Below are positions 47,219 to 57,437 of a stretch of DNA of 64,000 nucleotides, in pieces (position 1 is the first letter of the stretch; each line of letters begins with the position of its first letter). Source of the DNA: a bacterium. Lineage in GTDB: Bacteria; RBG-13-61-14; DATKZS01. Location of the stretch: contig CAXXFL010000001.1 of the NCBI GenBank assembly GCA_963674965.2, positions 96,001 to 160,000 on the forward strand, given 5' to 3'. The notes beneath the pieces are model-generated. The model was not told where the DNA came from. It worked only from the letters and a program-made list of their open reading frames with translations, and did no database searches. Both the position numbers and the translations under genes were made by a program.

Positions 47219-49516
47219 TCAGTATCTGTCTTCGCCGCCTCCGCCCCTTTCTCCGCGCGGCGGCCTGCTTTTTTTCTTTTTTCTTCTCGGCCGGTTTCTC
47301 CTGTCGTCTCCATCGGGACGGCCTTCCCCTCTCGGGCTGGGCCTGTTCCCGGTGTAGGGCCGCGACTCGGCGGGGGCCTCGGGATCGTCGTCGTCGTCGT
47401 CCCTCTTCGCCCTGGCGCCCTCGGGCTGGAGGTCGAGCACTTCCCTTCTGGAAAGGGCGACCTTGCCCCCCTGGTCGATGCGGATGCACTTGACCACGAC
47501 CTCGTCCCCCTCCCGGAGCACGTCGGTCACCTGGTCGATGCGGTGGTCCTCGATCTCGGAGATGTGAAGCAGGCCCTCCATGCCCGGAAGTATCTCGACG
47601 AAGGCGCCGAAATCGACCACCTTGGTCACCCTGCCCCGGTAAACCTCGCCTATCTCCGGCTCGGCCATCAGGTCGTTAATGATGGCCACCACCTTGGCGT
47701 TCACCTCGGCGTCGGCCGAGGCCACCCGGACCGTGCCGTCGTCCTCGACGTCGATCTGGGCGCCCGTCTCCTCCTGGATGCCCCGGATGACCTTGCCGCC
47801 GGGACCGATAAGGTCCTTGATCTTGTCCACCGGTATCTTGAGGGATACTATGCGCGGCGCGTAGGGGGACATCTCCTCCTTGGGCGCGCTGATGATCGCG
47901 TTCATCTTGTCCAGGATGAAGAGCCTGGCCTCGCGGGCCTGCCCCAGGGCCTTCTGCATGATTTCCTTGTCCAGGCCCGATATCTTGATGTCCATCTGGA
48001 CGGCGGTCACGCCGTCGGCCGTGCCCGCGACCTTGAAGTCCATGTCGCCCACGTGGTCCTCGTGGCCCATGATGTCGGTAAGGACGTGGAACTTGCCCTC
48101 TTCCTCCTTGATCAGGCCCATGGCCACGCCCGCCACCTGACCCTTGACCGGCACGCCGGCGTCCATAAGGCTGAGGGACCCGCCGCAGACGGTGGCCATG
48201 GAGGAGCTTCCATTCGACTCGGTGATCTCGGAGACGATCCTGATTGTATAGGGGAAATCCTCGTGCTCGGGCAGGACCCTGGCCAGGGCCCGCTCGGCGA
48301 GGTATCCGTGTCCGATGTCCCTTCTTCCCGGCCCGAGCCTCATGCTGGTCTCGGCCACCGAGTAGGGCGGGAAGTTGTAATGGAGGAAAAAGGTCTTGTA
48401 GTAGTCTTCCTCGAGCCGCTCGATCTTGCGCTCGTCCTTCCTGGTACCGAGGGTGGTAGTCACGATGCCCTGGGTCTCGCCCCGGGTGAAAAGGGCCGAG
48501 CCGTGGGTGCGGGGAAGCACGGCGGTCTCGATATCGATTTGCCTGATCTCGTCGAGTTTCCTGCCGTCCGCCCTTTTGCCGCTAACCACTATCTGGTCCC
48601 TGACGACCTTCTTTTCCAGCTTCTCGATCAGGGAGTTGAAGTAGTACTCGTCAGGCCCGAAGTCGGTCTCCTCCTCGACGAGCTTTGCCTTGGCCGCCTT
48701 GATAAGCTCGGCCTGCCGGTCGTAGCGATCGAGCTTGCCCGGCAGGGTCCAGGCCTCCTGGAGGTCCTTAAGAAGCATCTTCTCGATCTTGTCGGCCAGT
48801 TCCTTGGGCGGCTCGATAAGCTCGTGCTCCATCTTGGGAAGGCCCACCGCCTGGCGAAGCTCGTCCTGCATGTCCAGGAGAGGCTTGATTTCCTCGTAGG
48901 CGTAGAAGATGCCCTCGAGGATTTCGTCCTCGGGCACCATGTTGGCGCCGCCCTCGACCATGGCCACGCCGTCGCGGTTGCCGGCCACCACCATCTCGAC
49001 GTCGCACTCGTCGAGTTCCTCGTAACTCGGGTTGATGATCCACTGGTTGTTGATCCGCCCGACCTGCACTCCGGCCACGGGTCCCTCGAAGGGGATGTGG
49101 GATATCTCGAGGGCGGCCGAGGCCCCGAGTATGCACATGACGCCGGGGTTGGACTGGTAGTCCGCGGAAAGGACGGTGGGAATTATCTGGGTCTCGTAGA
49201 CCCACTGTTTGGGGAAAAGGGGACGGATGGGCCTGTCGATGAGACGGCAGTTAAGCGTCTCGAAGTCGGTGGGCCTGTTTTCCCGTTTGAAGAAGCCGCC
49301 CGGGATTTTGCCGGCGGCGTAGAATTTTTCCTGGTAGTTGACGGTGATGGGAGCGAAGTCCCGAAGCGGTCTGGGCGTCCTCTCGGCCACGGCGGTGACC
49401 AGGGCCACCGTGTCGCCATATCGGAGCACGACCGCGCCCGATGCCTGCTTTGCAACCTTACCCGCCTCGAGCGAAAGCTCGCGGCCGTGGTAGTGCAAAG
49501 ATATTTTCTTGTACAT
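47219..49516 (-). CDS. pnp: Polyribonucleotide nucleotidyltransferase
   Basis: RLIDRPIRP, HGSALFTRGETQ, ESNGSSSMA, GDMDFKVAG, KH and S1 domains. Confidence 0.97.
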   Translation of the reverse strand: MYKKISLHYHGRELSLEAGKVAKQASGAVVLRYGDTVALVTAVAERTPRPLRDFAPITVNYQEKFYAAGKIPGGFFKRENRPTDFETLNCRLIDRPIRPLFPKQWVYETQIIPTVLSADYQSNPGVMCILGASAALEISHIPFEGPVAGVQVGRINNQWIINPSYEELDECDVEMVVAGNRDGVAMVEGGANMVPEDEILEGIFYAYEEIKPLLDMQDELRQAVGLPKMEHELIEPPKELADKIEKMLLKDLQEAWTLPGKLDRYDRQAELIKAAKAKLVEEETDFGPDEYYFNSLIEKLEKKVVRDQIVVSGKRADGRKLDEIRQIDIETAVLPRTHGSALFTRGETQGIVTTTLGTRKDERKIERLEEDYYKTFFLHYNFPPYSVAETSMRLGPGRRDIGHGYLAERALARVLPEHEDFPYTIRIVSEITESNGSSSMATVCGGSLSLMDAGVPVKGQVAGVAMGLIKEEEGKFHVLTDIMGHEDHVGDMDFKVAGTADGVTAVQMDIKISGLDKEIMQKALGQAREARLFILDKMNAIISAPKEEMSPYAPRIVSLKIPVDKIKDLIGPGGKVIRGIQEETGAQIDVEDDGTVRVASADAEVNAKVVAIINDLMAEPEIGEVYRGRVTKVVDFGAFVEILPGMEGLLHISEIEDHRIDQVTDVLREGDEVVVKCIRIDQGGKVALSRREVLDLQPEGARAKRDDDDDDPEAPAESRPYTGNRPSPRGEGRPDGDDRRNRPRRKKKKSRPPRGERGGGGEDRY

Positions 49517-49739
49517 TCGCGCTAATCTCCTTTTCGGCGTCCGCGCTGACTCACTCCCGATCCACGTCCCGAAGCCGTCGGACAAAAGACATATCGGCTT
49601 ATTCCTCGAGCCGATTCCTCTTTCAACGGCGCCCGGATGTGACCCGGGATTTTGAGCGCGCGTCCATGTTGTTGTCGTAAAACGGCGGGCGCGGTTCGCC
49701 CTGATTGGATCAGGAGCGAGACCGGCGGCCCCGCCTCCG

Positions 49740-50009
49740 TTACTTGCGCAGTCCCAGTCTCTCGATCAGTTCCTTGTATCTGGCGTAATCCTTCTTTTGA
49801 AGGTAGGTGAGAAGCCTTCGCCTCTGACCGACCAGCTTGAGAAGTCCACGCCTGGAATGGTGATCCTTTGGATGAGATTTGAAATGCTCGGTAAGGTACT
49901 TAATTCGCTCGGTTAAAAGAGCGACCTGGACCTCCGCGGACCCGGTGTCGCCTTCGCCGCGCTGATAGTCCCTGATAATGTTCGATTTTTTTTCTTGGGC
50001 CAGCCCCAA
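49740..50009 (-). CDS. rpsO: 30S ribosomal protein S15
   Basis: [13 protein letters not shown]...[23 protein letters not shown] start. Confidence 0.98.
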   Translation of the reverse strand: MGLAQEKKSNIIRDYQRGEGDTGSAEVQVALLTERIKYLTEHFKSHPKDHHSRRGLLKLVGQRRRLLTYLQKKDYARYKELIERLGLRK

Positions 50010-50177
50010 TTTACTTCACCTCCCTTTTGCCGGCCTCCGGGATTACACCCGGAAAACGCGTTTAGTTAGCATAAAAGGTAACATAGAAAAAAGAAATAGT
50101 AAAGCCGACTAAGTCAAGCTTTGTTTTGGTCAGGGAAAAAAGCCAAGCGCCTTTTCCGTCTTTTCTAGTCTGGCTTT

Positions 50178-51722
50178 TTAGAATCTCCACCTGACGGACA
50201 CCCACGCCTGGTTATTGTCCGAGAAGACGGCGATGGGGCTGAATTCCTGCCCGCTGGTCTGGGAGTCGCCGTTGCCTCCGGCGAAGATATTGAGCCCGGC
50301 CGTGACGGAGTAGCGGTCCTTGAACTTATAGGTGACGCGGGGGCTGATGAACCAGTTGTTTTCCTCGGTCTGCATGTTGATGACCCGCCACTCGGGGATG
50401 AGGGAATCGTTCATCGCGTACATCCTGAGGAGGGCGACAAAGTATATGGAGTCGTCGTTCTGGTAGACCAGGTCGCGGGGCGCGCTGAAATAGGTGATCC
50501 TCTCGGCCCCGACCTTGATGAAATATTTCCCGCTCGAGTCCAGGTGGTCGAGCTCGATGGACGCCGCCTGCCATGGCCGCCGGACCTTAACGGTCTCGTC
50601 GAAGGCGGCGTCCTCGTCCGAGTCGAGCCACATGCTCATGGTCCGGCCGGGGCTGTAGGCGTACTCGGCCCTGAGGTCCACGCCCTTAAGATGGGTCTTG
50701 TAGGTTATTCCGTAAAGCTCGTATCTTTGGAACTGAAGCTCGAACTGGGCGTCGGTGACCTCGCCCTCCACCGCGGTCGAGCCCTCGAGGTTCTCCGGTT
50801 CCTTATATTTTATATGCGGGAAGTCCTCCCGGCTATAGAAGTACACCAGCTCGACCACCGAGCTCTCTTGCCTGTAGGCCAGCTTCAAGGCGGCCTCCCC
50901 GAAGGCGACCATCTGTTCCTGGTAGTCCACTTTCTCGATGGGAATCCACTGGTAGTCCCGGTTTAGCAGAGAGTTGAATTCGTCGGGCACGTTATCGGGC
51001 AGGTCCTCCTGTTTCAGGAGACCGAGGTCGGCCCCGGCCAGGTCGAATATGGCCGACTGAAAAATGGGGATATAAAGGGTCTCGACGGTCAGGTCCTCGG
51101 CGTAGAAGTCGGCCTTGACCATGGGCAGGGGGATTTTCAGGTCCTCCGTCCTGGGATCGATGAAGATACGGTAATTAACCGGGTTGATTCCGTTGGTGGG
51201 AGCGAACAGGTCGCAGGCCCCCCATTTGACCAGGATTTTTCCGATCTTCAAGTCCGCGTGCTCGAACTTGAAGTTCATGTACGCCTCGTAAAGGTCGAAG
51301 TCTATCTGCTGTCGGTCGTTCCCCCCCTCTTGCATCCAGGCCAGGGCCCACACGCTAAGGTAAAGGGAAGTATCGCCGGAGAAGCCGTATGTGCCGTACC
51401 CGAAAATCTTCGAGCGCAGGTCGATCATATCCTCGTCGCCGTTTTCCTGGTAGGTATCGACGGCCATCTCGTTGTCCCAGTAGCCGCCAATTTTGACTTT
51501 TCTCTCGTAGGGTTCCTTTTCGGGACCTTCCAGGAGGGACCTGGAGGGAACGCGTTTTTGTTCCTCATCCTCGAAAAAGATGATTTCCTCCTCGTCCTCC
51601 TTTTGGTCCTCCTGGCAAAGGGCCAAGAGGGGAAAGAACTGGAGGCATAAAAGAACAAGCGCCGCCAGAAACGGCGCCGTCCGGTTGACAAGGTCCCAGA
51701 TGGAAGTGCTTGGGCGCGACAT
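50178..51722 (-). CDS. Outer-membrane beta-barrel (DUF1302-like)
   Basis: Signal peptide, EAYM...KIGK..VKWG..D, C-terminal VRWRF; follows the LolA-like gene. Confidence 0.65.
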   Translation of the reverse strand: MSRPSTSIWDLVNRTAPFLAALVLLCLQFFPLLALCQEDQKEDEEEIIFFEDEEQKRVPSRSLLEGPEKEPYERKVKIGGYWDNEMAVDTYQENGDEDMIDLRSKIFGYGTYGFSGDTSLYLSVWALAWMQEGGNDRQQIDFDLYEAYMNFKFEHADLKIGKILVKWGACDLFAPTNGINPVNYRIFIDPRTEDLKIPLPMVKADFYAEDLTVETLYIPIFQSAIFDLAGADLGLLKQEDLPDNVPDEFNSLLNRDYQWIPIEKVDYQEQMVAFGEAALKLAYRQESSVVELVYFYSREDFPHIKYKEPENLEGSTAVEGEVTDAQFELQFQRYELYGITYKTHLKGVDLRAEYAYSPGRTMSMWLDSDEDAAFDETVKVRRPWQAASIELDHLDSSGKYFIKVGAERITYFSAPRDLVYQNDDSIYFVALLRMYAMNDSLIPEWRVINMQTEENNWFISPRVTYKFKDRYSVTAGLNIFAGGNGDSQTSGQEFSPIAVFSDNNQAWVSVRWRF

Positions 51723-51726
51723 GGCT

Positions 51727-52533
51727 TTATGGCTGCTTGAGCCGCCTGATGGTGAAATTGTCGTCGGGGAAGGTCACGTCGAACTTTATTTCCTCGAGCT
51801 CGAGCACGGTCTTATGGTTCGACGCCTTATTGGTCATCTCGGACTTGCTGATGACCCTTCTTTCCCCCTCGGCCCTGTACTTATAGACCTTCATTTCCTT
51901 GGCCATGTTTCCTTCCTTATCGTAGAACTCGGCCTTGATGGGCAGCCAGTAGTCGGTCCTTATCCAGGTCAGGACCTTGCTGTACTTGTAGTCCGGGTCG
52001 CGGGAGACGCTTTGCACCACGTGGCACTCGATGCCGGCGATGGTCTCGGTCCGTAGATAGGTATTCTCCGTGTCCTTGGGGTCCTTGACCTGGAAGTCGG
52101 TCAGGTCGAAGTCCGACCCCAGGAAAGTCTGGGAGCTGTTTTTTTCCTCGACGTTTATCTCCCTCACGTCGTCGGTGGGCGGAGGCAGGTAAACGAAAAT
52201 CTGCGAATCGCCCTTATCGCTGGCCACGAGCAGGTATCCGGTGTCCTTGATGTCGGGGGGGTCCATGAACCGGATGAGCACGTTGTCGCCCATGCGCTGG
52301 ATGCGAAGGGACCTGGTCTGGGTCCTGCCGGTCTTGTCCACCAGGGTCATTTTAATGGTCGAGTCCACGCTTTCCGAGTACTCGTTCTGCCTGACCTTGG
52401 CCATGATTTCGTCGCCCGTGGGCGGCTTGGCGGGCGGGTCGCCCTGGGAAAAAGCGGGAAAGGCAACCAAAAGGAGCGCGATGACAGATACGAAAAACGC
52501 GGCGCGCCATAATGCGCGGGAAATAGTTTCCAT
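51727..52533 (-). CDS. Outer-membrane lipoprotein-sorting protein (LolA-like)
   Basis: RFMDPPDIKDTGYL, FLGSDF, EFYDKEG, C-terminal FTIRRL. Confidence 0.8.
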   Translation of the reverse strand: METISRALWRAAFFVSVIALLLVAFPAFSQGDPPAKPPTGDEIMAKVRQNEYSESVDSTIKMTLVDKTGRTQTRSLRIQRMGDNVLIRFMDPPDIKDTGYLLVASDKGDSQIFVYLPPPTDDVREINVEEKNSSQTFLGSDFDLTDFQVKDPKDTENTYLRTETIAGIECHVVQSVSRDPDYKYSKVLTWIRTDYWLPIKAEFYDKEGNMAKEMKVYKYRAEGERRVISKSEMTNKASNHKTVLELEEIKFDVTFPDDNFTIRRLKQP

Positions 52534-52570
52534 GCCGTCCTCCTGTTTTATGAACCGACTATTGGCCGAA

Positions 52571-53107
52571 TCAGACTTTCTTGCTTCTCATTTTCAAAAG
52601 CTCGTCCACTTCCGCGAGCCTTTCCTTGAAGGTCTGGTTGCTTGGCTCCATCTTGATGGCGAGCTGAAGATTGATCTTCGCGCTTTTATAATCTTTATTC
52701 CTGATGCCCGTCTGGGCCATCTGATAATATTTTTTGCCCATGGGCGTCTGGCCCTCGTCCTCGGGCTTGTCGGCCTTGGCCAGCCGGGCGTAAAGCTTGG
52801 GGTTGTAGCGAATGTACTTTTGCCCGTCATCCCCCGAGATGGCCTTGGTATAGGTGGCCCTTTTGTCCTGGTCGGAGAGGACCTTGTAAGCCTCGCAGAC
52901 CCTTTTGAAAATCTTGTTGACCATTTCCACCAGCCGGGGGTCCTCGTTGTAGAACTTGTCGGGATGGAACCGCCTGGACTGGTTGAAGTAGGCCGTCTTA
53001 ATATCCTGGGTAAAGGCGCGCTTTCGCACCTTGAGTATCTGGTAGTAGTCCATCGCGTCTATGGTCTTGGCCAGCGTTATTATTTCCTGTTTTGTCTCGG
53101 CGTCCAT
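52571..53107 (-). CDS. J-domain (DnaJ-like) protein with a C-terminal TPR-like segment
   Basis: DYYQILKV...FHPDKF...AYKVLSD. Confidence 0.88.
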   Translation of the reverse strand: MDAETKQEIITLAKTIDAMDYYQILKVRKRAFTQDIKTAYFNQSRRFHPDKFYNEDPRLVEMVNKIFKRVCEAYKVLSDQDKRATYTKAISGDDGQKYIRYNPKLYARLAKADKPEDEGQTPMGKKYYQMAQTGIRNKDYKSAKINLQLAIKMEPSNQTFKERLAEVDELLKMRSKKV

Positions 53108-53169
53108 TTTCTATATAGTCCCCTAATTGGAAAGGATTTTCAGGTTATGCGATCGGCCGCCCAGCGACG

Positions 53170-54765
53170 TCACTCGAGCTGAAGCTCGGGCTTGTAGGTC
53201 TGGACCCCCTCGTCCTCGCCGGAGTGCCTTTCCTTCAGGGCCTGGATTTCCTCCTCCGAGAGTCCTCCGGAGACGTTGAGCTGGACCGAGCGGGCCTTGC
53301 CCGTCTCGCGGTCGCGGGCGGTCACGTTCACGATGCCGTTGGCGTCGATCTCGAAGGTGACCTCGATTTTGGCGTCGCCCTTGGGGGCGGCGGGGATATC
53401 GGTCAGCCGGAACTCTCCCAGAAGCTCGTTGTCCTTGCAGAACCTTTCCTCCCCCTGGAAAATCCGGATTTTGACCGCGGTCTGCCCGTCCCTGGTGGTG
53501 GTGAAAACCCTGCTCTGCTCCGTGGGTATGGGGGTGTTGCGCTCGATCAGGGTGTCCATCAGCCCGCCCGCCGTCTCGATGCCCAGCGACATGGGCGTCA
53601 CGTCCAAAAGCAGCGCCCCGGCGGTGGAGTCGACCAGGGCCGAGGCCTGGATGGCCGCTCCCAGACTGACCACCTCCTCGGGGTCGATGCCGTCCTTGGG
53701 CTCCTTGAAGAAGTAACTCTTGACCGCCTCCTTGACGATGGGCATGTTGGTCGGGCCGCCCACCAGTATGAGAGCGTCCACGTCCTCGACCGTCAGGTGC
53801 GCGTTCTGCAGGGCCTCGTCGCAGACCTTGAAGGTCCTCTGTATAAGGTCGTGGACCATCTGGCCGAAATAGTTGCGGTTCACCGTGAGCTCGAGGTCGG
53901 TGGGACTTCCGTTCACTTGGGTGATCCCGGGCAGGCTGATGGTGGTCTCCAGGTTTTCCACCAGGTCTATCTTGGCCCTTTCAGCGGAGTCCTTCAATCT
54001 CTGGAGCGCGCTCCGGTCGTGCCGGAGGTCGACGTCATGGTCGCGCATGAAGCGCTCGGCCATGTAGTCTATGAGCCGATCGTCGAAGTCGTCGCCGCCC
54101 AGGTACATGTCGCCGGCGGTGGAGATGACCTCGAAAACGTCGTCGCCTATCTCGAGGATCGAGATGTCGAAGGTGCCGCCGCCCAGGTCGTAAACGGCCA
54201 CCTTTTGCTGGAGGCCCTTGCCGAAGCCGTAAGCCAGGGCGGCGGCCGTGGGCTCGTTGATGATCCTGAGAACGTTGAGACCGGCGATGGTGCCCGCGTC
54301 CTTGGTGGCCTGGCGCTGGCCGTCGTTGAAGTTGGCCGGGACCGTGATCACGGCCTGGTCCACGTCATCCCCCAGGTGCTCCTCGGCGATCTTCTTCATC
54401 TCCATGAGGATCATGGCGCTGATCTCGGGACAAGAATACTGACGGTCGTCTATCTGAATCCGCACGCTCTGGTTGGGACCCTCCACGATCGAGTAAGTGG
54501 AAACGGCCATGGCCTTCTTGACCTCGGAACTGAAGAACTTGCGGCCGATCAGACGCTTCGAGGAATATACCGTGCGCTCGGGATTGTGGATGATATGCTT
54601 CTTTGCCTCGTTGCCGACCAGTATCTGGCCGTCATCCAGAAAAGAAACCACCGACGACTGAATCGGATCGCCGTCCGGCCCGTTGATTACCCTGGGCTTT
54701 CCATCCTCCACGTATGACACGCAGGACGTGCTCGTTCCCAGATCGATCCCGACTACTCTACCCAT
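53170..54765 (-). CDS. Hsp70/DnaK-family chaperone lacking most of the helical lid
   Basis: [40 protein letters not shown]; only 531 aa. Confidence 0.92.
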   Translation of the reverse strand: MGRVVGIDLGTSTSCVSYVEDGKPRVINGPDGDPIQSSVVSFLDDGQILVGNEAKKHIIHNPERTVYSSKRLIGRKFFSSEVKKAMAVSTYSIVEGPNQSVRIQIDDRQYSCPEISAMILMEMKKIAEEHLGDDVDQAVITVPANFNDGQRQATKDAGTIAGLNVLRIINEPTAAALAYGFGKGLQQKVAVYDLGGGTFDISILEIGDDVFEVISTAGDMYLGGDDFDDRLIDYMAERFMRDHDVDLRHDRSALQRLKDSAERAKIDLVENLETTISLPGITQVNGSPTDLELTVNRNYFGQMVHDLIQRTFKVCDEALQNAHLTVEDVDALILVGGPTNMPIVKEAVKSYFFKEPKDGIDPEEVVSLGAAIQASALVDSTAGALLLDVTPMSLGIETAGGLMDTLIERNTPIPTEQSRVFTTTRDGQTAVKIRIFQGEERFCKDNELLGEFRLTDIPAAPKGDAKIEVTFEIDANGIVNVTARDRETGKARSVQLNVSGGLSEEEIQALKERHSGEDEGVQTYKPELQLE

Positions 54766-54987
54766 ATCCGCTCCTTTTGTACGGTCGATATGCAATAAAA
54801 TACTTCGCCCTAGGCTAACATGAAAACCATGGGCGAGGCAAATAAAATTTCATTGTAATCAGAAGGTTCAACCAAACCGGCCCCTTTTTCGCCCGCGCCG
54901 GGATACCGCCTAGAAGATAAATTCGGCGGACCGGCCGTCAAAGCGGGTCCGCCGAGAAATCCCCTCGATCGGCCTGGCGGAGGATTC

Positions 54988-55815
54988 CTAGAAATTGGCC
55001 CCAACGGTGAAGACCATTCCGTCGTTTACCGTGTTCAAATCCGCCTCGAACTCTCCTTCCTCGTCCTCGGCGTGTATGGCCGTGTTGATGAACCTGTATC
55101 CCAGCCCGAGATGGAGCCATTTATAATCGTAGGTAAGTCCGGCGTCAAGGTCTATATAGCTGGCCGAGTTGTCCTCATAGCCCGCGTACATGCCGCAGAC
55201 CTGGCCGCGAAAGCCGAAGCCGTAGGCCAGGTCCATGGCCCCTCCCAGGCCCAGGACCGGAACGGGCAGGGGGAGGGTCTCGTTCTCGTCCACGTGCCCG
55301 CCCGTCACGTCCTCGGTGCCCTCGTATCCGGCCTCGATTATATATAACTGGGTACCCCAGACCAGCCCGAGTCTTCCCCTGTCCTTGTTCAGGAAGTCCC
55401 ACTCGTCCAGTATGGAAATACGGTCCACGGCGTAGGTGGTGCGAAGGGGCGCGTCAGCCGTCAACTCGTACCCCCCGAACTCGATGGTCCGGCTAAGGAG
55501 GTTCGTGCCGCTGTAGTCGACATGGTAGTACCCCAGGGACAGCCTGTGGTTGGGAAGGGTCTTAAACCAGGCCTGGACCTCGAAAACGTCCTGGGGCGAA
55601 TCGAGACCCAGGTCGTCCTCCATGTCCAGCTTGTCGCCGATGACGACGCCCGTGTCCCCCACCTGGTCAACGTCGCGAACCTCGGCGTCGCCCGAGAAAC
55701 CAGCTATCCAGTAATTGACACTGATCCCGCCTTTATACTCGTCCTCCGCGGCCGAGGCCCGCGAGCAAGCTATCATGGCGACCATGACGGCCATCCAGAT
55801 AAACGCCCTTTTCAT
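54988..55815 (-). CDS. Outer-membrane beta-barrel protein
   Basis: Signal peptide, amphipathic strands, LPVPVLG, GYR, terminal Phe. Confidence 0.7.
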   Translation of the reverse strand: MKRAFIWMAVMVAMIACSRASAAEDEYKGGISVNYWIAGFSGDAEVRDVDQVGDTGVVIGDKLDMEDDLGLDSPQDVFEVQAWFKTLPNHRLSLGYYHVDYSGTNLLSRTIEFGGYELTADAPLRTTYAVDRISILDEWDFLNKDRGRLGLVWGTQLYIIEAGYEGTEDVTGGHVDENETLPLPVPVLGLGGAMDLAYGFGFRGQVCGMYAGYEDNSASYIDLDAGLTYDYKWLHLGLGYRFINTAIHAEDEEGEFEADLNTVNDGMVFTVGANF

Positions 55816-55929
55816 GTCTTTCCTCCTTGTGATGGTCGTTCCCCTGTAAGGTCTTGGTATATGCTAGCCAAATTGGGAAATGGATGCAACCAAGTCCCCA
55901 ATTTTTTCCCTTTCAAACCCGGGCCGGGC

Positions 55930-57423
55930 CTAGAAGTACACCGGGATGCAGGTGCAGATGGTGTCGCAAGAGCACCCTATACCGCCGATGGGCCCGCCGA
56001 AGCCCGGGAACGTCGGCGTGTCCGTGCCGGTAAAGGGCTCGATATAAGTGCCCGGTATGCAGTCGCAGGTACACTTGACGCCGGCCGGAAGCTCCACGTC
56101 GCAGGGCACGGTGTAATTTATGGTCTTGCCGCCCTTGGTCGCGTACTTGAACTGCCGGGCCTTGTTCTCGGGGCGGTTGGCCTGGAGATCGATCAGGCAG
56201 CTCGCCATTTCCTCGCCGCTCTCGTCCCAAACCATAATCGTTCCGTCCCACATGCCCGAGACGATGGTCTTGCCGTCCGGGCTCACGGCGATGCTTTTGA
56301 CCGTGTTGATGTCGCCGTGGAATTTCTTGAGCAGCGCGCCCGAGGAGGCGTCCCATATTTTGACGGCCTTGTCGTTGCCGCCGGAGACGATGCTTTTCCC
56401 GTCGGGCAAGAAGGCTATCGCCGTGACCCATCCCTTGTGGGCCTCGATGGTCTTGGCTTTCTGGGGGGTGGCGATTTTCCTGATCTTGACAATGCCCTCC
56501 CTGTCGGCCGAGGCCAAAAGCTGGTCGTCGGCGCTCAGGGCCACCGAGGTCACGGGCTCGCGATGGACCTTGATATCGAGCGAGTGTCCTCCCTTCTCGA
56601 TGCCCCAGAGCTTGACGGTCATGTCGTCCGAGCCCGAGGCCAGGGTCTTGCCGTCGGCGCTGAAGGTTACCGTGTTGACGTGGCCCGCGTGTCCCTCCAG
56701 CGTTTGAATAAGGGCCCCGGCCTTTACGTCCCAGAGCTTGATGGTCCCGTCAAAGGAGCCCGAGGCGGCTATCCTGCCGCCGGGATTGACCGCCACCGAG
56801 CGCACGTAATTGACGTGCCCCTCCATCGTCTTCAGTTCTTTTCCGGTTTTGGCGCTCCAGGTTTTGACCAGGTTGTCGAACCCTCCGGACACGATCGTAC
56901 TTGCGTCCGGCGTGAAGCATACCGAGGCCACAATATCCGAGTGGGCCTTCTCGATTTTTTTAATCAGCTTGCCCTTGGCCACGTCCCAGATTTTTATCAC
57001 CTTGTCCTTGCTCGAGGTCACCAGTTTCGAGCCGTCGCGGCTCAAGGCCACGCAGGTGATGGTGTCCACGTGGGCCAGGATGGGACTGCACTTGCCGGTG
57101 TTTTCGATCTCGGCTTTTTCCTCGTCCTTGACCTCGGTGGGAGTCAGGGACACCGGCTCGCCGGGCTTTGCCGACGAGGTGGACCCGTCTTCCGACCCCG
57201 GCCCGCCCTTGCCGATGGGCTGGGGCTTTTTCCTCCCGCCGGGCTTTTCCTTGCACGAGTAGGCGGCGGCGGCGGCGAAAAGAGAGCCGGCCACCAGGAA
57301 ACCCCGGCGACCCGACCGCCAATTCGCGGAGAGGTCTTTTAGCTCGTATACGCGCGGTTCCTCCGACCTCCCGTCCTCGAGGCGTTTTTCCAGAATGAAC
57401 CTTGGTCTTTTCAAGTCCGTCAT
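55930..57423 (-). CDS. Tat-lipoprotein WD40 (7-blade) protein with a Cys-rich C-terminal tail
   Basis: SGRRGFL...AAAYSC signal; seven GH...WD-type repeats; tail CTCDC...CSCDTICTC. Confidence 0.85.
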   Translation of the reverse strand: MTDLKRPRFILEKRLEDGRSEEPRVYELKDLSANWRSGRRGFLVAGSLFAAAAAYSCKEKPGGRKKPQPIGKGGPGSEDGSTSSAKPGEPVSLTPTEVKDEEKAEIENTGKCSPILAHVDTITCVALSRDGSKLVTSSKDKVIKIWDVAKGKLIKKIEKAHSDIVASVCFTPDASTIVSGGFDNLVKTWSAKTGKELKTMEGHVNYVRSVAVNPGGRIAASGSFDGTIKLWDVKAGALIQTLEGHAGHVNTVTFSADGKTLASGSDDMTVKLWGIEKGGHSLDIKVHREPVTSVALSADDQLLASADREGIVKIRKIATPQKAKTIEAHKGWVTAIAFLPDGKSIVSGGNDKAVKIWDASSGALLKKFHGDINTVKSIAVSPDGKTIVSGMWDGTIMVWDESGEEMASCLIDLQANRPENKARQFKYATKGGKTINYTVPCDVELPAGVKCTCDCIPGTYIEPFTGTDTPTFPGFGGPIGGIGCSCDTICTCIPVYF

Positions 57424-57437
57424 GCTTGGCGCTCCTT

